From assembly GCF_036507355.1 (NCBI RefSeq), contig NZ_AP027877.1: DNA of 64,000 nucleotides, one strand, 5' to 3'. Below the pieces are notes generated by a model. That model was not told the DNA's origin, ran no database searches, and worked only from the letters and a program-made list of their open reading frames with translations. Made by a program: the position numbers and the translations under genes. The DNA is from Escherichia coli (GTDB taxonomy: Bacteria > Pseudomonadota > Gammaproteobacteria > Enterobacterales > Enterobacteriaceae). This document shows, one piece after another, positions 47,835 through 62,355 of this stretch. How positions within the stretch are numbered: the first letter of the stretch is position 1; every line of letters begins with the position of its first letter.

Positions 47835-48473
47835 ATGCCCGGGCGCTTTGAACTAAAACCAACCCTGGAGAAAGTCTGGCACGCGCCGGACAATTTTCGC
47901 TTCATGGACCCGCTGCCGCCGATGCATCGTCGGGGGATCATTATTGCCGCCATTGTATTGGTGGTCGGATTTCTGCTTCCATCTGATGATACGCCCAACG
48001 CGCCGGTGGTGACGCGTGAAGCGCAGTTAGATATTCAGTCGCAATCACAACCGCCGACAGAAGAACAGCTGCGGGCGCAATTAGTCACACCACAAAATGA
48101 TCCTGATCAGGTGGCTCCGGTCGCTCCAGAACCTATACAGGAAGGCCAGCCAGAAGAACAGCCGCAAACTACCCAAACGCAACCATTCCAGCCAGATAGC
48201 GGAATTGATAATCAATGGCGCTCTTACCGTGTCGAACCCGGTAAAACGATGGCGCAGCTGTTCCGCGACCACGGACTGCCCGCTACCGATGTCTATGCAA
48301 TGGCGCAGGTAGAAGGCGCGGGTAAGCCGCTGAGTAATTTGCAAAACGGGCAGATGGTGAAAATCCGCCAGAACGCCAGCGGCGTGGTGACGGGCTTAAC
48401 CATTGATACGGGGAATAATCAACAGGTCCTGTTTACCCGCCAGCCGGATGGCAGTTTTATTCGCGCGCGGTAG
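47835..48473 (+). CDS. ytfB: OapA-domain cell-division-associated protein YtfB
   Basis: 212 aa from internal ATG ([21 protein letters not shown]); membrane anchor plus Pro/Gln-rich linker. Confidence 0.88.
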   Translation: MPGRFELKPTLEKVWHAPDNFRFMDPLPPMHRRGIIIAAIVLVVGFLLPSDDTPNAPVVTREAQLDIQSQSQPPTEEQLRAQLVTPQNDPDQVAPVAPEPIQEGQPEEQPQTTQTQPFQPDSGIDNQWRSYRVEPGKTMAQLFRDHGLPATDVYAMAQVEGAGKPLSNLQNGQMVKIRQNASGVVTGLTIDTGNNQQVLFTRQPDGSFIRAR

Positions 48474-48783
48474 ATGAAGGGTCAACCAGAAGCCAGCTAA
48501 GGATTGTCTCTTTGATGACCTTACGTCTGGCTTCCAGTGCCTGGGGTGAAACCATACTGATGTGATAAACCAGGCCAAGCGTATGCTGGTTGATCAAATA
48601 ATATCCCCCAAGCGCAGCAATATTAATATTCACCTGCAATGGGTCGATATCTGGCTTAAAAATATTGTGTTTCTTCCCTTCATCCAATAAGGATTCCATT
48701 AACTGCAAGTGCGCATGGTTAATTTCTAAGAGACGCTGTGATTTTGCATAATGCACACCTTTACTTTGATTTTCACTATGCAC
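48457..48783 (-). pseudogene. ytfA: ytfA, C-terminal fragment of a putative transcriptional regulator (N-terminally truncated)
   Basis: 108-codon frame that opens without an ATG; I traced the frame upstream to a TAA with no start codon between. Confidence 0.6.
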
Positions 48784-49131
48784 AATTTTTAAAAACCAGG
48801 GATTAGCAATATAATAATCCCATGTAAAATAAATAATTTTCTCAATGGCTTTTTGTGGCTGGTTAACCTGCTGATTAACGAATACACCGATACCGACAGC
48901 GTAGAATAATTACATACCGCACAACAAGAATGTACGGTGTAAGGCGTGGAAGTCATTTTCTCCCCGGGTGCATCGTTATATCCGTGATGAGCGATTTTTG
49001 ATATTAATATCTTTCACCATCCGCTATTTTCACTACTTCAGAAAACAAACTTATTTTTATTAATATCGATTCTTTATTCTGTAAACATTCAGCTGAGATA
49101 TTTATAAAAACATTAAACAGGCAACGATACA

Positions 49132-49926
49132 ATGACATTACCAACCACTATTTATTCATTTCCTGCATATTCACCCCGTTTTTCGTCCACCGACAAACCA
49201 GTAAAATTAAAAATTCATCAATACGCACGCGCTACATTACTTTCAAATCGTGGAAGAGATCATAATTGCGATGGCAGACGTACTGTTGAGATCCACAAAC
49301 TAGATCTCTCAGACTGGCAAGCATTCAATAAGCTAGCGACGAGGTGTAATGCTTACGATGGAATAACAATGAAGGGTGATAATTCTTTTGGATGGAACCA
49401 TGAAGCTACATTAGATAATATTCACGCCCAGAAATACAATAAAGCTTACGCGGGTGCGCGGTTAACCGCAGAACTGAAATATTTATTGCAAGATGTCGAA
49501 TCCTTCGAACCCAACAGTAGATACACAATACACGAGGTTGTTTTGGGACCTGGTTATGGTACTCCAGACTATACCGGCCAAACGATAGGATACGTTGTAA
49601 CCCTTCCTGCCCAAATGCCTAATTGCTGGTCATCTGAACTACCAACAATCGATCTTTATATCGACCAACTTCGCACTGTTACAGGCGTTTCTAATGCCCT
49701 CGGATTCATCATTGCTGCATTGCTAAACGCGTATTCTGATTTACCCCATGATTTGAAAATTGGTCTGCGTTCCTTATCAAGTTCAGCCGCAATCTACTCG
49801 GGTTTGGGTTTTGAGCGAGTGCCGCAGGAGCGAGACATCAGTTGCGCTCATATGTATCTAACGCCAGCAAACCATCCTGACTTATGGACACAAGAGAATG
49901 GTGAATGGATCTACTTGCGAAATTAA
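49132..49926 (+). CDS. yjfZ: Uncharacterized protein YjfZ (AT-rich orphan)
   Basis: 264-aa ORF with AT-rich upstream region; no motif recognised. Confidence 0.75.
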   Translation: MTLPTTIYSFPAYSPRFSSTDKPVKLKIHQYARATLLSNRGRDHNCDGRRTVEIHKLDLSDWQAFNKLATRCNAYDGITMKGDNSFGWNHEATLDNIHAQKYNKAYAGARLTAELKYLLQDVESFEPNSRYTIHEVVLGPGYGTPDYTGQTIGYVVTLPAQMPNCWSSELPTIDLYIDQLRTVTGVSNALGFIIAALLNAYSDLPHDLKIGLRSLSSSAAIYSGLGFERVPQERDISCAHMYLTPANHPDLWTQENGEWIYLRN

Positions 49927-49952
49927 TGCCTGACGAAAAATAGAAAGCAAAA

Positions 49953-49976
49953 CGCCGACCAGTGGTCGGCGTTTTT
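49953..49976. terminator. Bidirectional rho-independent terminator between yjfZ and rplI
   Basis: CGCCGACC-AGT-GGTCGGCG stem with A-run before and TTTTT after. Confidence 0.75.
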
Positions 49977-49996
49977 ACGTCTCGTTGAATAACGAA

Positions 49997-50458
<462 letters not shown>

Positions 50459-50487
50459 TCAAAGTCGTATTAATGGACCGTGACCGA

Positions 50488-51034
<547 letters not shown>

Positions 51035-51040
51035 CAGAAA

Positions 51041-51454
<414 letters not shown>

Positions 51455-51762
51455 TTATTCAGCCTCCTGTCTGGGTCAGCCGAATCCCGGGGAGGCAAGG
51501 AACGTGTTAAAGGTCGGCTGAAAAATGACGCGTTATAGTACTTGTATGCCCCGCTAAACTCAAGGGCGGAGCAGAAATAAATCTCCCCTTTCGCAAATAA
51601 CCTCTAAACCGCTGATTTGAAGTTCATCACATTCCGTCACAGTGTTTTTTCGAACAACTGCATCAGAAATGGTCACCATCAACTTCTTTATCATTGATTA
51701 AAATTAAATCAGAAGATCATCACAGAGGAGAGCACATAAAGTCAGCCGTCGAGGAGGTATCT

Positions 51763-52038
51763 ATGTTCAGTCGAGTTTTAGCCCTTCTGGCTGTGCTTTT
51801 GCTAAGTGCAAATACATGGGCAGCCATTGAAATTAATAACCACCAGGCCAGAAATATGGACGATGTGCAAAGCTTAGGCGTGATTTATATCAATCATAAT
51901 TTCGCCACTGAAAGCGAAGCGCGTCAGGCATTAAATGAAGAGACAGATGCGCAGGGCGCAACGTACTACCACGTAATTCTGATGCGGGAACCGGGGAGTA
52001 ACGGCAATATGCACGCCAGCGCGGATATTTATCGCTAG
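51763..52038 (+). CDS. yjfY: DUF1471-family small periplasmic protein YjfY
   Basis: 91 aa from internal ATG (MFSRVLALLAVLLLSANTWA signal peptide). Confidence 0.85.
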   Translation: MFSRVLALLAVLLLSANTWAAIEINNHQARNMDDVQSLGVIYINHNFATESEARQALNEETDAQGATYYHVILMREPGSNGNMHASADIYR

Positions 52039-52078
52039 CACCAGGTATAACCAACGAAACATTGCCATAGTTTGCTTT

Positions 52079-52104
52079 GCCCCCTTCGCAGGGGGCATTT
52101 TTTT
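52079..52104 (+). terminator. Rho-independent terminator after yjfY
   Basis: GCCCCC-TTCGCA-GGGGGC stem followed by T7; a second inverted repeat (GCTGCGGAA...TTCCGCAGC, ~52111-52160) could terminate the ula operon on the other strand. Confidence 0.75.
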
Positions 52105-52167
52105 GAAAAACGGCTGCGGAATCAGACCAGTTATCTCCCGAAGAAGGAAATTTCCGCAGCGCGTGTT

Positions 52168-52847
52168 TTACTTCTGCCCGTAATAAGCGTTGGGACCGTG
52201 CTTACGCATGAAGTGTTTATTCATCAGGTAGCTGTCGATGTGATTGAGTTGTGGGTTAATGCCGCGGGCAATCCACGCCATTTTCGCCACTTCTTCCATC
52301 ACCACCGCGTTATGCACCGCATCGTGAGCATCTTTCCCCCAGGCGAACGGCCCGTGCTGATACACCACAATTCCCGGCGTATGCAGCGGCTCGGCGTTGC
52401 CCAGCGTTTCGATAATCACTTTGCCGGTGTTCAGTTCATACTCGCCCTGCACCTCTTCTTCGCTTAACCCGCGCGTACACGGAATGTCGCCAAAGAAGTA
52501 GTCGGCGTGCGTGGTGCCTAACGCCGGGATCGCCAGCCCCGCCTGCGCCCATGCGGTAGCATGAGTTGAGTGGGTATGGACAATGCCGCCAAGCGACGGG
52601 TAACGACGGTAGAGTTCAAGATGCGTCGCGGTGTCGGAAGACGGACGATATTCCCCTTCCACCACCTTACCGCTCATATCGACCACCACCATATCGTCTG
52701 CTTTCATGGGGCGACGCCGCTGGGCTTGATCACCACCAGCCCGCGTTCGCGGTCGATAGCGCTGACGTTGCCCCAAGTAAAGGTCACCAGCCCATAGCGC
52801 GGCAGATCCATGTTGGCTTCAAACACCTGCTGTTTTAGCTTTTGCAT
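52168..52847 (-). pseudogene. ulaF: ulaF (L-ribulose-5-phosphate 4-epimerase) inactivated by a ~7-bp deletion frameshift
   Basis: ORF track splits it into 52704..52895 (residues 1-46, ...VIKPSGVA then P*) and 52168..52776 (...[18 protein letters not shown]... to C-terminus); the expected YET tripeptide between them is missing. Span is 680 bp versus 687 bp expected. Confidence 0.85.
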
Positions 52848-53701
52848 TATGCCGCCTCCACCATGCCCGCTTTCGCCATGCGCGCTTTCACCCAATCACG
52901 CGCTTTCGCCACTTCTGCCGCCGGGTCTTCCGCCGTTTCGCTCCACATCTCAATCAGGTATGGCCCGCAATAGCCACTCTGTTTGAGCGTTTCGAAACAA
53001 CGTTCGAAATCCACTACACCTTCGCCAAACGGCACGTTTTTGAAGACGCCCGGTTTGGTGTCTTTCACATGCACCGCGACGATATGCCCGATTCCGGCCT
53101 GCAACTCCATCTGCACGTCGTTATCCCACGCCGACAGGTTGCCGATATCCGGGTAGAGCTGGAACCACGGATTGTTGAGATAGTGCGCGTAGCCCAGCGC
53201 CTTGCTGATGGAGTTCATCAACGGATAATCCATGATCTCCATCGCCAGCGTCACCTGCGCGCGGCTTGCCATCTCAACGCTCTCTTTCAGGCCGTCACGG
53301 AAACGACGACGCGTTTCGTTATTGGCTTCCTGATAGTAAACGTCATAGCCCGCCAGCTGGATCACGCGAATACCGACATCCTGGGCGAACTGGATAGCTT
53401 TACGCATAATCTCCAGCCCCTGCGCCCGCACCGCGTCATCTTCACTGCCCAGCGGGAAACGACGATGAGCAGAAAGGCACATGGACGGCACGCGCACGCC
53501 GGTTTCAACAATCGCATTGACCAGCGCCAGACGCTGCTCGCGGCTCCAGTCGAGGCGCGACAGGCGCTCGTCCGTTTCATCTACCGACATCTCGACAAAA
53601 TCGAAGCCCAACGTTTTTGCCAGTTGCAGGCGTTCCAGCCAGCACTCCCCGGCGGGGAGCGCTTTTTCATAGATGCCAAGCGGGATTTGTTTGGACAACA
53701 T
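52847..53701 (-). CDS. ulaE: L-ribulose-5-phosphate 3-epimerase
   Basis: 284-aa ORF; stop overlaps ulaF ATG by 1 nt. Confidence 0.95.
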
Positions 53702-53710
53702 ATCCGCTCC

Positions 53711-54361
53711 TTAGCCCCACAGTTCAGCGATGGAACGTTTGAACTGACGTGCGGCTTCCACCGGAGAAGCGGCATCACGGATACTACGGCCCGCGATAAA
53801 GACGTGAATCGGAATGCCTTTGAACAGCGGCAGATCTTCCAGCGCCAGGCCTCCGGTGACGGTGACTTTGAAGCCCATATCGGAAAGACGTTTGATCGCG
53901 GTGATGTCCGCTTCGCCCCACGCCACGCCTGCGGCCTGCGCGTCACGGCTGCGGTGATAAACCACCTGCTGAATGCCTGCATCGCGCCACTGTTGCGCCT
54001 GTTCCCAGGTCCAGTAACCGGTCAGTTCGATCTGCACGTCGCCGTTAAACTCTTTTGCCACGTCCAGCGCGCCTTTGGCGGTGTTGATATCCGCACAGCA
54101 AATTACCGTCACCCAGTCAGCGTTGGCTTCGAAGCACATACGCGAAAGGATTTTGCCTGCATCGGCAATTTTGGCGTCTGCCAGTACGATTTTGTGCGGG
54201 TAGAGCGCTTTCAGGTCACGAACCGCACGCACGCCTTCGCCCACGCACAGAATGGTGCCCACTTCGATAATGTCGACTTCTTCGGCAATCAGGCGAGTGG
54301 TTTCGTAGGCGCTATCCATAGTCTGGTTGTCCAGCGCGACTTGCAACATCGGTAATGACAT
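53711..54361 (-). CDS. ulaD: 3-keto-L-gulonate-6-phosphate decarboxylase
   Basis: 216 aa from internal ATG ([20 protein letters not shown]). Confidence 0.95.
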   Translation of the reverse strand: MSLPMLQVALDNQTMDSAYETTRLIAEEVDIIEVGTILCVGEGVRAVRDLKALYPHKIVLADAKIADAGKILSRMCFEANADWVTVICCADINTAKGALDVAKEFNGDVQIELTGYWTWEQAQQWRDAGIQQVVYHRSRDAQAAGVAWGEADITAIKRLSDMGFKVTVTGGLALEDLPLFKGIPIHVFIAGRSIRDAASPVEAARQFKRSIAELWG

Positions 54362-54374
54362 GTTCAATTCCTTC

Positions 54375-54839
54375 TTAAGCTGCCGCGTTGGTGCGGTCAA
54401 TGAGATCCAGTACTTCCTGCTCGGTACGGCAGGCGCGTAAACGGTCAAAATTCTCTTCATCTTCAAACAGGTTGACGATCTGCATGATACCCACTTCCTG
54501 GTGAGTATTGGCATCGACCGCCGCCATGGTGATGAGGATATCCACCGGATCGTTGTCGTCGTGGTTAAATTCCAGCGGCTTTTTCAGCGTTACCAGAGAG
54601 AAACCGGTTTTCTTAACACCCTCTTCCGGCCGCCCGTGCGGCATCGCCAGCCCCGGAGCGATAACGAAATAAGGGCCAAACTGTTCCACGCCATCCAGAA
54701 TCGCCTGGTAATAGCGCGGCTCGACAACGTCCGCCGCCACCAGCAGATCGACGCCGATTTTCACCGCGTCCTGCCAGGTTTCAGCTTCAGCCTGCAGGCG
54801 GATGGATTTATTTACAGCCAGCGAATCACGTAATTTCAT
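54375..54839 (-). CDS. ulaC: PTS ascorbate-specific EIIA component
   Basis: 154-aa ORF. Confidence 0.95.
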   Translation of the reverse strand: MKLRDSLAVNKSIRLQAEAETWQDAVKIGVDLLVAADVVEPRYYQAILDGVEQFGPYFVIAPGLAMPHGRPEEGVKKTGFSLVTLKKPLEFNHDDNDPVDILITMAAVDANTHQEVGIMQIVNLFEDEENFDRLRACRTEQEVLDLIDRTNAAA

Positions 54840-54848
54840 GGCGCGTCC

Positions 54849-55154
54849 TTACTTCACGTCCTGCGGGAAATGCTCTTTGATCACTTCCAGCAGTTTCGGG
54901 CCAAAGTCGGCAGGAGAGAGCATGTTGCGCACGCCAACCACGTATTTGTTGCCGGTCACGGTGATTTCGCCCGCAATGTGCGTAGAAGCGATGATGATAT
55001 CCGCGCCACTCAACTCGCTTTTGTACTCGCCAACCGCGCAGCTGTTTACCGTATGGTCAATGTTTGATTGGGTTAAAAACTGGTCCACTTTCATCTTCAT
55101 GATCATGGAACTGCCTTGTCCGTTGCCACACACAGCCAGAATACGTACGGTCAT
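54849..55154 (-). CDS. ulaB: PTS ascorbate-specific EIIB component
   Basis: 101 aa from internal ATG ([16 protein letters not shown]), phospho-Cys motif. Confidence 0.95.
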
Positions 55155-55169
55155 AATCAAAACTCCTTA

Positions 55170-56921
<1,752 letters not shown>

Positions 56922-57986
56922 ATGAGTAAAGTGAAAAGTATCACCCGTGAATCCTGGATCCTGAGCACTTTCCCGGAGTGGGGTAGCTGGTTGAATGAAG
57001 AAATTGAACAAGAACAGGTCGCTCCTGGCACATTTGCGATGTGGTGGCTTGGCTGCACCGGGATCTGGTTGAAATCGGAAGGTGGCACCAACGTTTGCGT
57101 TGATTTCTGGTGCGGCACTGGCAAACAAAGTCACGGTAACCCGTTAATGAAACAGGGTCACCAGATGCAGCGCATGGCTGGCGTGAAAAAACTGCAGCCA
57201 AACCTGCGTACCACCCCGTTTGTTCTTGATCCGTTTGCGATTCGCCAGATCGACGCGGTACTGGCGACTCACGATCACAACGATCATATCGACGTTAACG
57301 TCGCTGCTGCCGTGATGCAGAACTGTGCTGATGACGTACCGTTTATCGGACCGAAAACCTGTGTGGATTTGTGGATTGGCTGGGGCGTACCGAAAGAGCG
57401 TTGCATCGTGGTCAAACCGGGCGATGTAGTAAAAGTGAAAGACATTGAAATTCATGCGCTTGATGCTTTCGACCGTACTGCACTGATCACCCTGCCTGCC
57501 GATCAAAAAGCGGCTGGCGTACTGCCAGATGGCATGGACGATCGCGCGGTGAACTACCTGTTCAAAACGCCTGGCGGCTCCCTGTATCACAGCGGCGACT
57601 CCCACTACTCTAACTATTATGCGAAGCACGGTAACGAACATCAGATCGACGTGGCGTTAGGATCGTACGGCGAAAACCCGCGCGGTATCACCGACAAAAT
57701 GACCAGCGCCGATATGCTGCGTATGGGTGAAGCGCTGAATGCGAAAGTGGTTATCCCGTTCCACCACGATATCTGGTCAAACTTCCAGGCCGATCCGCAA
57801 GAGATCCGCGTGCTGTGGGAGATGAAAAAAGATCGCCTGAAGTATGGCTTCAAGCCGTTTATCTGGCAGGTGGGCGGCAAATTTACCTGGCCGCTGGATA
57901 AAGACAACTTCGAGTACCACTATCCGCGCGGTTTCGATGATTGCTTCACTATTGAACCGGATCTGCCGTTCAAGTCATTCCTGTAA
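56922..57986 (+). CDS. ulaG: L-ascorbate-6-phosphate lactonase (metallo-beta-lactamase fold)
   Basis: 354 aa from [14 protein letters not shown]; HxHxDH motif ([11 protein letters not shown]). Confidence 0.95.
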
Positions 57987-58093
57987 TCTGTCATTTATAC
58001 CGGGTAGCGTGGAGAAGTTCGCGCTATCCGGCGTAGTATTTCCTGGCTATTTCAAATATCATCTAAAAAAATCAAATTTTATCGGAATAGCTC

Positions 58094-58849
58094 ATGACTG
58101 AAGCACAAAGACATCAAATCCTCCTGGAAATGCTCGCACAATTGGGCTTTGTGACCGTTGAGAAAGTCGTTGAGCGTCTGGGAATTTCGCCTGCCACTGC
58201 GCGACGCGATATCAATAAACTTGACGAAAGCGGCAAACTGAAAAAAGTGCGCAATGGCGCAGAAGCTATTACCCAACAGCGCCCGCGCTGGACGCCGATG
58301 AATCTGCATCAGGCGCAGAATCACGATGAAAAAGTACGTATCGCTAAAGCGGCCTCGCAGCTGGTTAATCCGGGCGAAAGCGTAGTCATCAACTGCGGCT
58401 CCACCGCGTTTCTGCTTGGGCGGGAAATGTGTGGCAAGCCAGTGCAAATCATCACTAATTATCTACCGCTGGCAAATTACCTGATCGATCAAGAACATGA
58501 CAGCGTGATCATTATGGGCGGACAGTACAACAAAAGTCAGTCCATCACTTTAAGCCCGCAGGGCAGCGAAAACAGTCTCTATGCCGGGCACTGGATGTTT
58601 ACCAGCGGAAAAGGGCTGACCGCAGAAGGGTTGTATAAAACCGATATGCTGACAGCAATGGCAGAGCAGAAGATGCTGAGCGTGGTAGGGAAACTGGTGG
58701 TACTGGTTGATAGCAGTAAGATTGGCGAACGCGCGGGAATGCTTTTTAGCCGTGCCGATCAAATCGATATGCTTATCACCGGCAAAAATGCTAACCCGGA
58801 AATCCTGCAACAACTGGAAGCGCAAGGGGTCAGCATTCTGCGTGTTTAA
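58094..58849 (+). CDS. ulaR: DeoR-family repressor of the ula regulon
   Basis: 251-aa ORF with N-terminal HTH. Confidence 0.95.
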
Positions 58850-59595
58850 AGATGCTGGCGGAAAAATGTCACGGCAGCATCTAACGCCTCAGGCGTAATG
58901 CGGTGACGCACGCCTGGCTGCCATGAACAGGTTAGCAGTTTATCCCGTCCCGTCTCGCTTAAGGCCTGCTGCAAACGTAGTGATTCGTCGGCAGGCACAA
59001 CGTCATCGTCGAGGCCATGCCACAGCAGTAGAGGTCTGTCACTAAGTTGTTCCAGGTGGTTTGTCGCTTCCCACTCTGCCAGCGGCGCGACAATGTTATT
59101 GAATTCATTCTGCTGTGCTGTCGTTTCAGGTATCAGCGGTGGAAACAGTGAACGGGCGAGCGATGTAAAATAGCCCGATCCCATCATGCTGGCGGTACAT
59201 TTCACCGTGGGGTGGCGAGCGGTAATTCCCAGTGCCGTCATCGCGCCCATCGACGCGCCACCGACTGCCAGACGGTCATCAAGCAGCCAGTTTTCTTCGG
59301 CTATTGCCGCACGTAAAGTAGTGAATTCCTGCATACTTTGTAGCAAGATTTGCCAGAATTGATTTAACCGCCGCGCTGCGTCACCACTAAAACGACTACC
59401 GTGATCGGGCGCATCCGGCATGATCACCCGCAAACCAGCCTGCGCCAGCGCAACGGCAAAATAGCTATACACCAGACTGGACGAAGTAAAGCCGTGATAA
59501 AAAATCGCGCACGGTAACGGGGTATCTTTTTGTCCGACAGGATAAGCATGAAGAACGGGAATATCTGCCAGCTCGCGTGATTCTATTTCAATCAT
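58846..59595 (-). CDS. yjfP: Esterase YjfP (alpha/beta hydrolase)
   Basis: 249-aa ORF with GxSxG (GGASMG); convergent with ulaR and overlapping its stop by 4 nt. Confidence 0.9.
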
Positions 59596-59776
59596 CTGTC
59601 TCTCCTTTTTGTCTGGTATGACATGAAGAAATCCTTAGCACAAGTTTCTGCTGGCGGTATTAGTTCATAATGTTGAGATGTGGGTTACGCTTTCGTCACG
59701 TTTTCATTCGAAAATCGCGTACCAGGTAACAATTCGGGAACATTCCCCCAAAGTTAAATTAATAAGGCACTACACT

Positions 59777-60106
59777 ATGGTTAGCAGGAAACGTAATAGC
59801 GTTATTTACCGGTTTGCCAGTTTATTATTGGTGTTGATGTTAAGTGCCTGTAGCGCACTGCAAGGTACGCCACAGCCAGCACCGCCAGTAACCGACCATC
59901 CGCAAGAGATTCGCCGCGACCAGACGCAAGGGTTACAGCGAATAGGTAGCGTAAGCACGATGGTTCGGGGTTCTCCGGATGACGCATTAGCAGAAATCAA
60001 AGCGAAAGCTGTCGCTGCAAAAGCTGATTATTACGTTGTCGTCATGGTGGACGAAACCATCGTGACAGGACAGTGGTATTCACACGCCATTTTGTACCGT
60101 AAATAA
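59777..60106 (+). CDS. bsmA: Biofilm/stress lipoprotein BsmA (YjfO)
   Basis: 109 aa from internal ATG (MVSRKRNSVIYRFASLLLVLMLSAC lipobox). Confidence 0.88.
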   Translation: MVSRKRNSVIYRFASLLLVLMLSACSALQGTPQPAPPVTDHPQEIRRDQTQGLQRIGSVSTMVRGSPDDALAEIKAKAVAAKADYYVVVMVDETIVTGQWYSHAILYRK

Positions 60107-60254
60107 ATCAGACAACTTACATAGTCAGCTTTACATTGCTTTGCGTCCCTATGCGTTTACCTGTGCACAATAAATTACCGGCTGGAAGCCTGGGCGTTTA
60201 TTACCGCGATGGAATGCCCTGCAACATGTGGGGAAACGAAAAATGGAGCTGACG

Positions 60255-60530
60255 ATGAAACAATTACTTGCCTCACCCTCGCTGCAATTAGTGACTTATC
60301 CTGCGAGCGCCACGGCACAGTCTGCAGAATTCGCCAGTGCTGACTGCGTGACGGGCCTGAATGAAATAGGTCAGATCTCAGTTAGCAATATTTCAGGGGA
60401 TCCGCAGGACGTGGAACGTATCGTGGCGTTAAAGGCCGATGAACAAGGTGCGTCATGGTACCGCATTATTACCATGTACGAAGACCAGCAGTCTGATAAC
60501 TGGCGCGTACAGGCGATACTGTATGCATGA
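60255..60530 (+). CDS. yjfN: DUF1471-family small periplasmic protein YjfN
   Basis: 91 aa from internal ATG (MKQLLASPSLQLVTYPASA). Confidence 0.85.
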   Translation: MKQLLASPSLQLVTYPASATAQSAEFASADCVTGLNEIGQISVSNISGDPQDVERIVALKADEQGASWYRIITMYEDQQSDNWRVQAILYA

Positions 60531-60554
60531 GTGTCATCTACAGCAAATGAACAA

Positions 60555-60590
60555 TGCCGGATGCGGCGCGAGCGCCTTGTCCGGCCTACA
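60555..60590. repeat. REP element
   Basis: GCCGGATGCGGCGCGAGCGCCTTGTCCGGCCTAC between yjfN and aidB. Confidence 0.85.
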
Positions 60591-60646
60591 ATTTTCACAT
60601 ATTTCATTGAGTTAATCGAAACCAGCGTCGCATCAGTCGTATACGC

Positions 60647-62272
60647 TTACACACACACTCCCCCCGTCGCCCGCAGCAATAAATCATTCTGGATCTGCTC
60701 TGACAACCGTACGCCGCCGCGCGTATCTAACATCACCTGACACCACGCCTGCGCCATTGGCGGAGAGGCATATTTCAACATTTGCGCACCGCAGCCCAGC
60801 AGGAATAGCTGATGAGTAATCTCTCGCCCCAGTTCTTCAGCTGGCTTACGCAGCTGCTGCTGTAAACGACGAACCGCGCGATCAAAATAGCGATCCTGCC
60901 CTTTCACTTCCACAAATGCTTCCGACAATAAGTCGTATACGCCCGCTTGCTTATTGAGAACGCGCAACACATCCAGGCACATAATATTGCCGGAACCTTC
61001 CCAAATACTGTTTACCGGCATCTCCCGGTAAAGCCGCGGCAGCTCGCTCTCCTCGCAATAACCAATGCCGCCCAGCACCTCCATCGCTTCGGCCACAAAC
61101 GGCATACCTCGTTTGCAGATCACAAATTTTGCCGCAGGCGTAAATAAACGCGCCCACAGGGCTTCTTTGGCATCGGCACGCCGGTCCCACGCTCGCGCAA
61201 GACGAAACAGCAACGCCGTTTGCCCTTCAAGCTGAAGTGCCATGCGACTTAAGACATGACGCATAAGGGGCTGTTGGATCAATGGATTACCAAAAACATG
61301 GCGTTGATGTGCATGATAAATCGCCAGCGAAAATGCACGGCGCATCATGGCATGGCTACCCAGGGCGCAATCAAAACGCGTCATCCCCCCCATTTTCAGG
61401 ATCAGACGAATTCCTTCCCCTTCCTGCCCCAATAACCAGCCAATGGCATCCTGAAACTCCACTTCGCAACTGGCGTTAGAGCGATTACCCAGCTTATCTT
61501 TCAGCCGCTCGAGGCGAATCGCGTTGCGTTGCCCGTCAGGCAAAAAGCGCGGCACAAAAAAGCAGGACAGACCGCCCGCGGTCTGCGCCAGCACCAGATG
61601 CGCATCGCTTTGCGGCACCGAGAAAAACCATTTATGCCCCACCAGCCGATAAGAGCCATCTTCCAAACGCTCTGCACGGGTGGTGTTGCTCATGACATCG
61701 GAACCGCCCTGCTTTTCCGTCATTCCCATGCCAATCAACAAACCGCGTTTTTGCCCACCTGGCAATAAGTGAGAATCGTAGCGATCGCTCAACAGCGGCG
61801 TGGTCCAGTCCTGAAACGGCGCGGGTAACATCTGTAACAACAATGGCGTGGCGGCAAAGGTCATCGTTATTGGACATAACGACCCAGCCTCAACCTGCGC
61901 ATGTAACATAAAACGCGCCGCGCGCGCCACAAATGCGCCGGAGCGAGCGTCTTCTTCCCAGGCAAGATTGTGCACCCGATTGGTACATAGTGCCTGCATC
62001 AGCAGGTGCCAGGCGGGGTGAAAACGCACATCGTCCAGACGGCGTCCTTGCGCATCGTAGCGCAATAATTCAGGCGGATTCACATTCGCCAGCCGCCCCA
62101 GTTCAAGGGATTCAGCCGTTCCTAACTGCTGACCAATACTGGCTAGAAAATCGCTATCCCAGCCAGCACCTTCACGCGTTACCGCTTCGCAAAGCGCGCC
62201 ATCAGACAGGTATAAGTTGCTGTTATTTAATGGTATAGCTTGATTAAAAACGATGTGAGTTTGCCAGTGCAC
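60647..62272 (-). CDS. aidB: Adaptive-response acyl-CoA dehydrogenase-family protein AidB
   Basis: 541 aa from a GTG start (VHWQTH...); acyl-CoA dehydrogenase fold; start uncertain by a few codons. Confidence 0.93.
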   Translation of the reverse strand: MHWQTHIVFNQAIPLNNSNLYLSDGALCEAVTREGAGWDSDFLASIGQQLGTAESLELGRLANVNPPELLRYDAQGRRLDDVRFHPAWHLLMQALCTNRVHNLAWEEDARSGAFVARAARFMLHAQVEAGSLCPITMTFAATPLLLQMLPAPFQDWTTPLLSDRYDSHLLPGGQKRGLLIGMGMTEKQGGSDVMSNTTRAERLEDGSYRLVGHKWFFSVPQSDAHLVLAQTAGGLSCFFVPRFLPDGQRNAIRLERLKDKLGNRSNASCEVEFQDAIGWLLGQEGEGIRLILKMGGMTRFDCALGSHAMMRRAFSLAIYHAHQRHVFGNPLIQQPLMRHVLSRMALQLEGQTALLFRLARAWDRRADAKEALWARLFTPAAKFVICKRGMPFVAEAMEVLGGIGYCEESELPRLYREMPVNSIWEGSGNIMCLDVLRVLNKQAGVYDLLSEAFVEVKGQDRYFDRAVRRLQQQLRKPAEELGREITHQLFLLGCGAQMLKYASPPMAQAWCQVMLDTRGGVRLSEQIQNDLLLRATGGVCV

Positions 62273-62355
62273 TGTGTCTCCCTCCATCAATGGCAGTCAC
62301 CATTAGTATGGTCACTGCCATGGATTCATGACAGAAAGAGATTGCTAAAACATTC

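Noticed and set aside
58846-58849. ulaR/yjfP 4-bp convergent overlap as a possible frameshift or fusion
   Set aside because: Both ORFs are full length (251 and 249 aa); this is just convergent stop codons sharing a TTAA.
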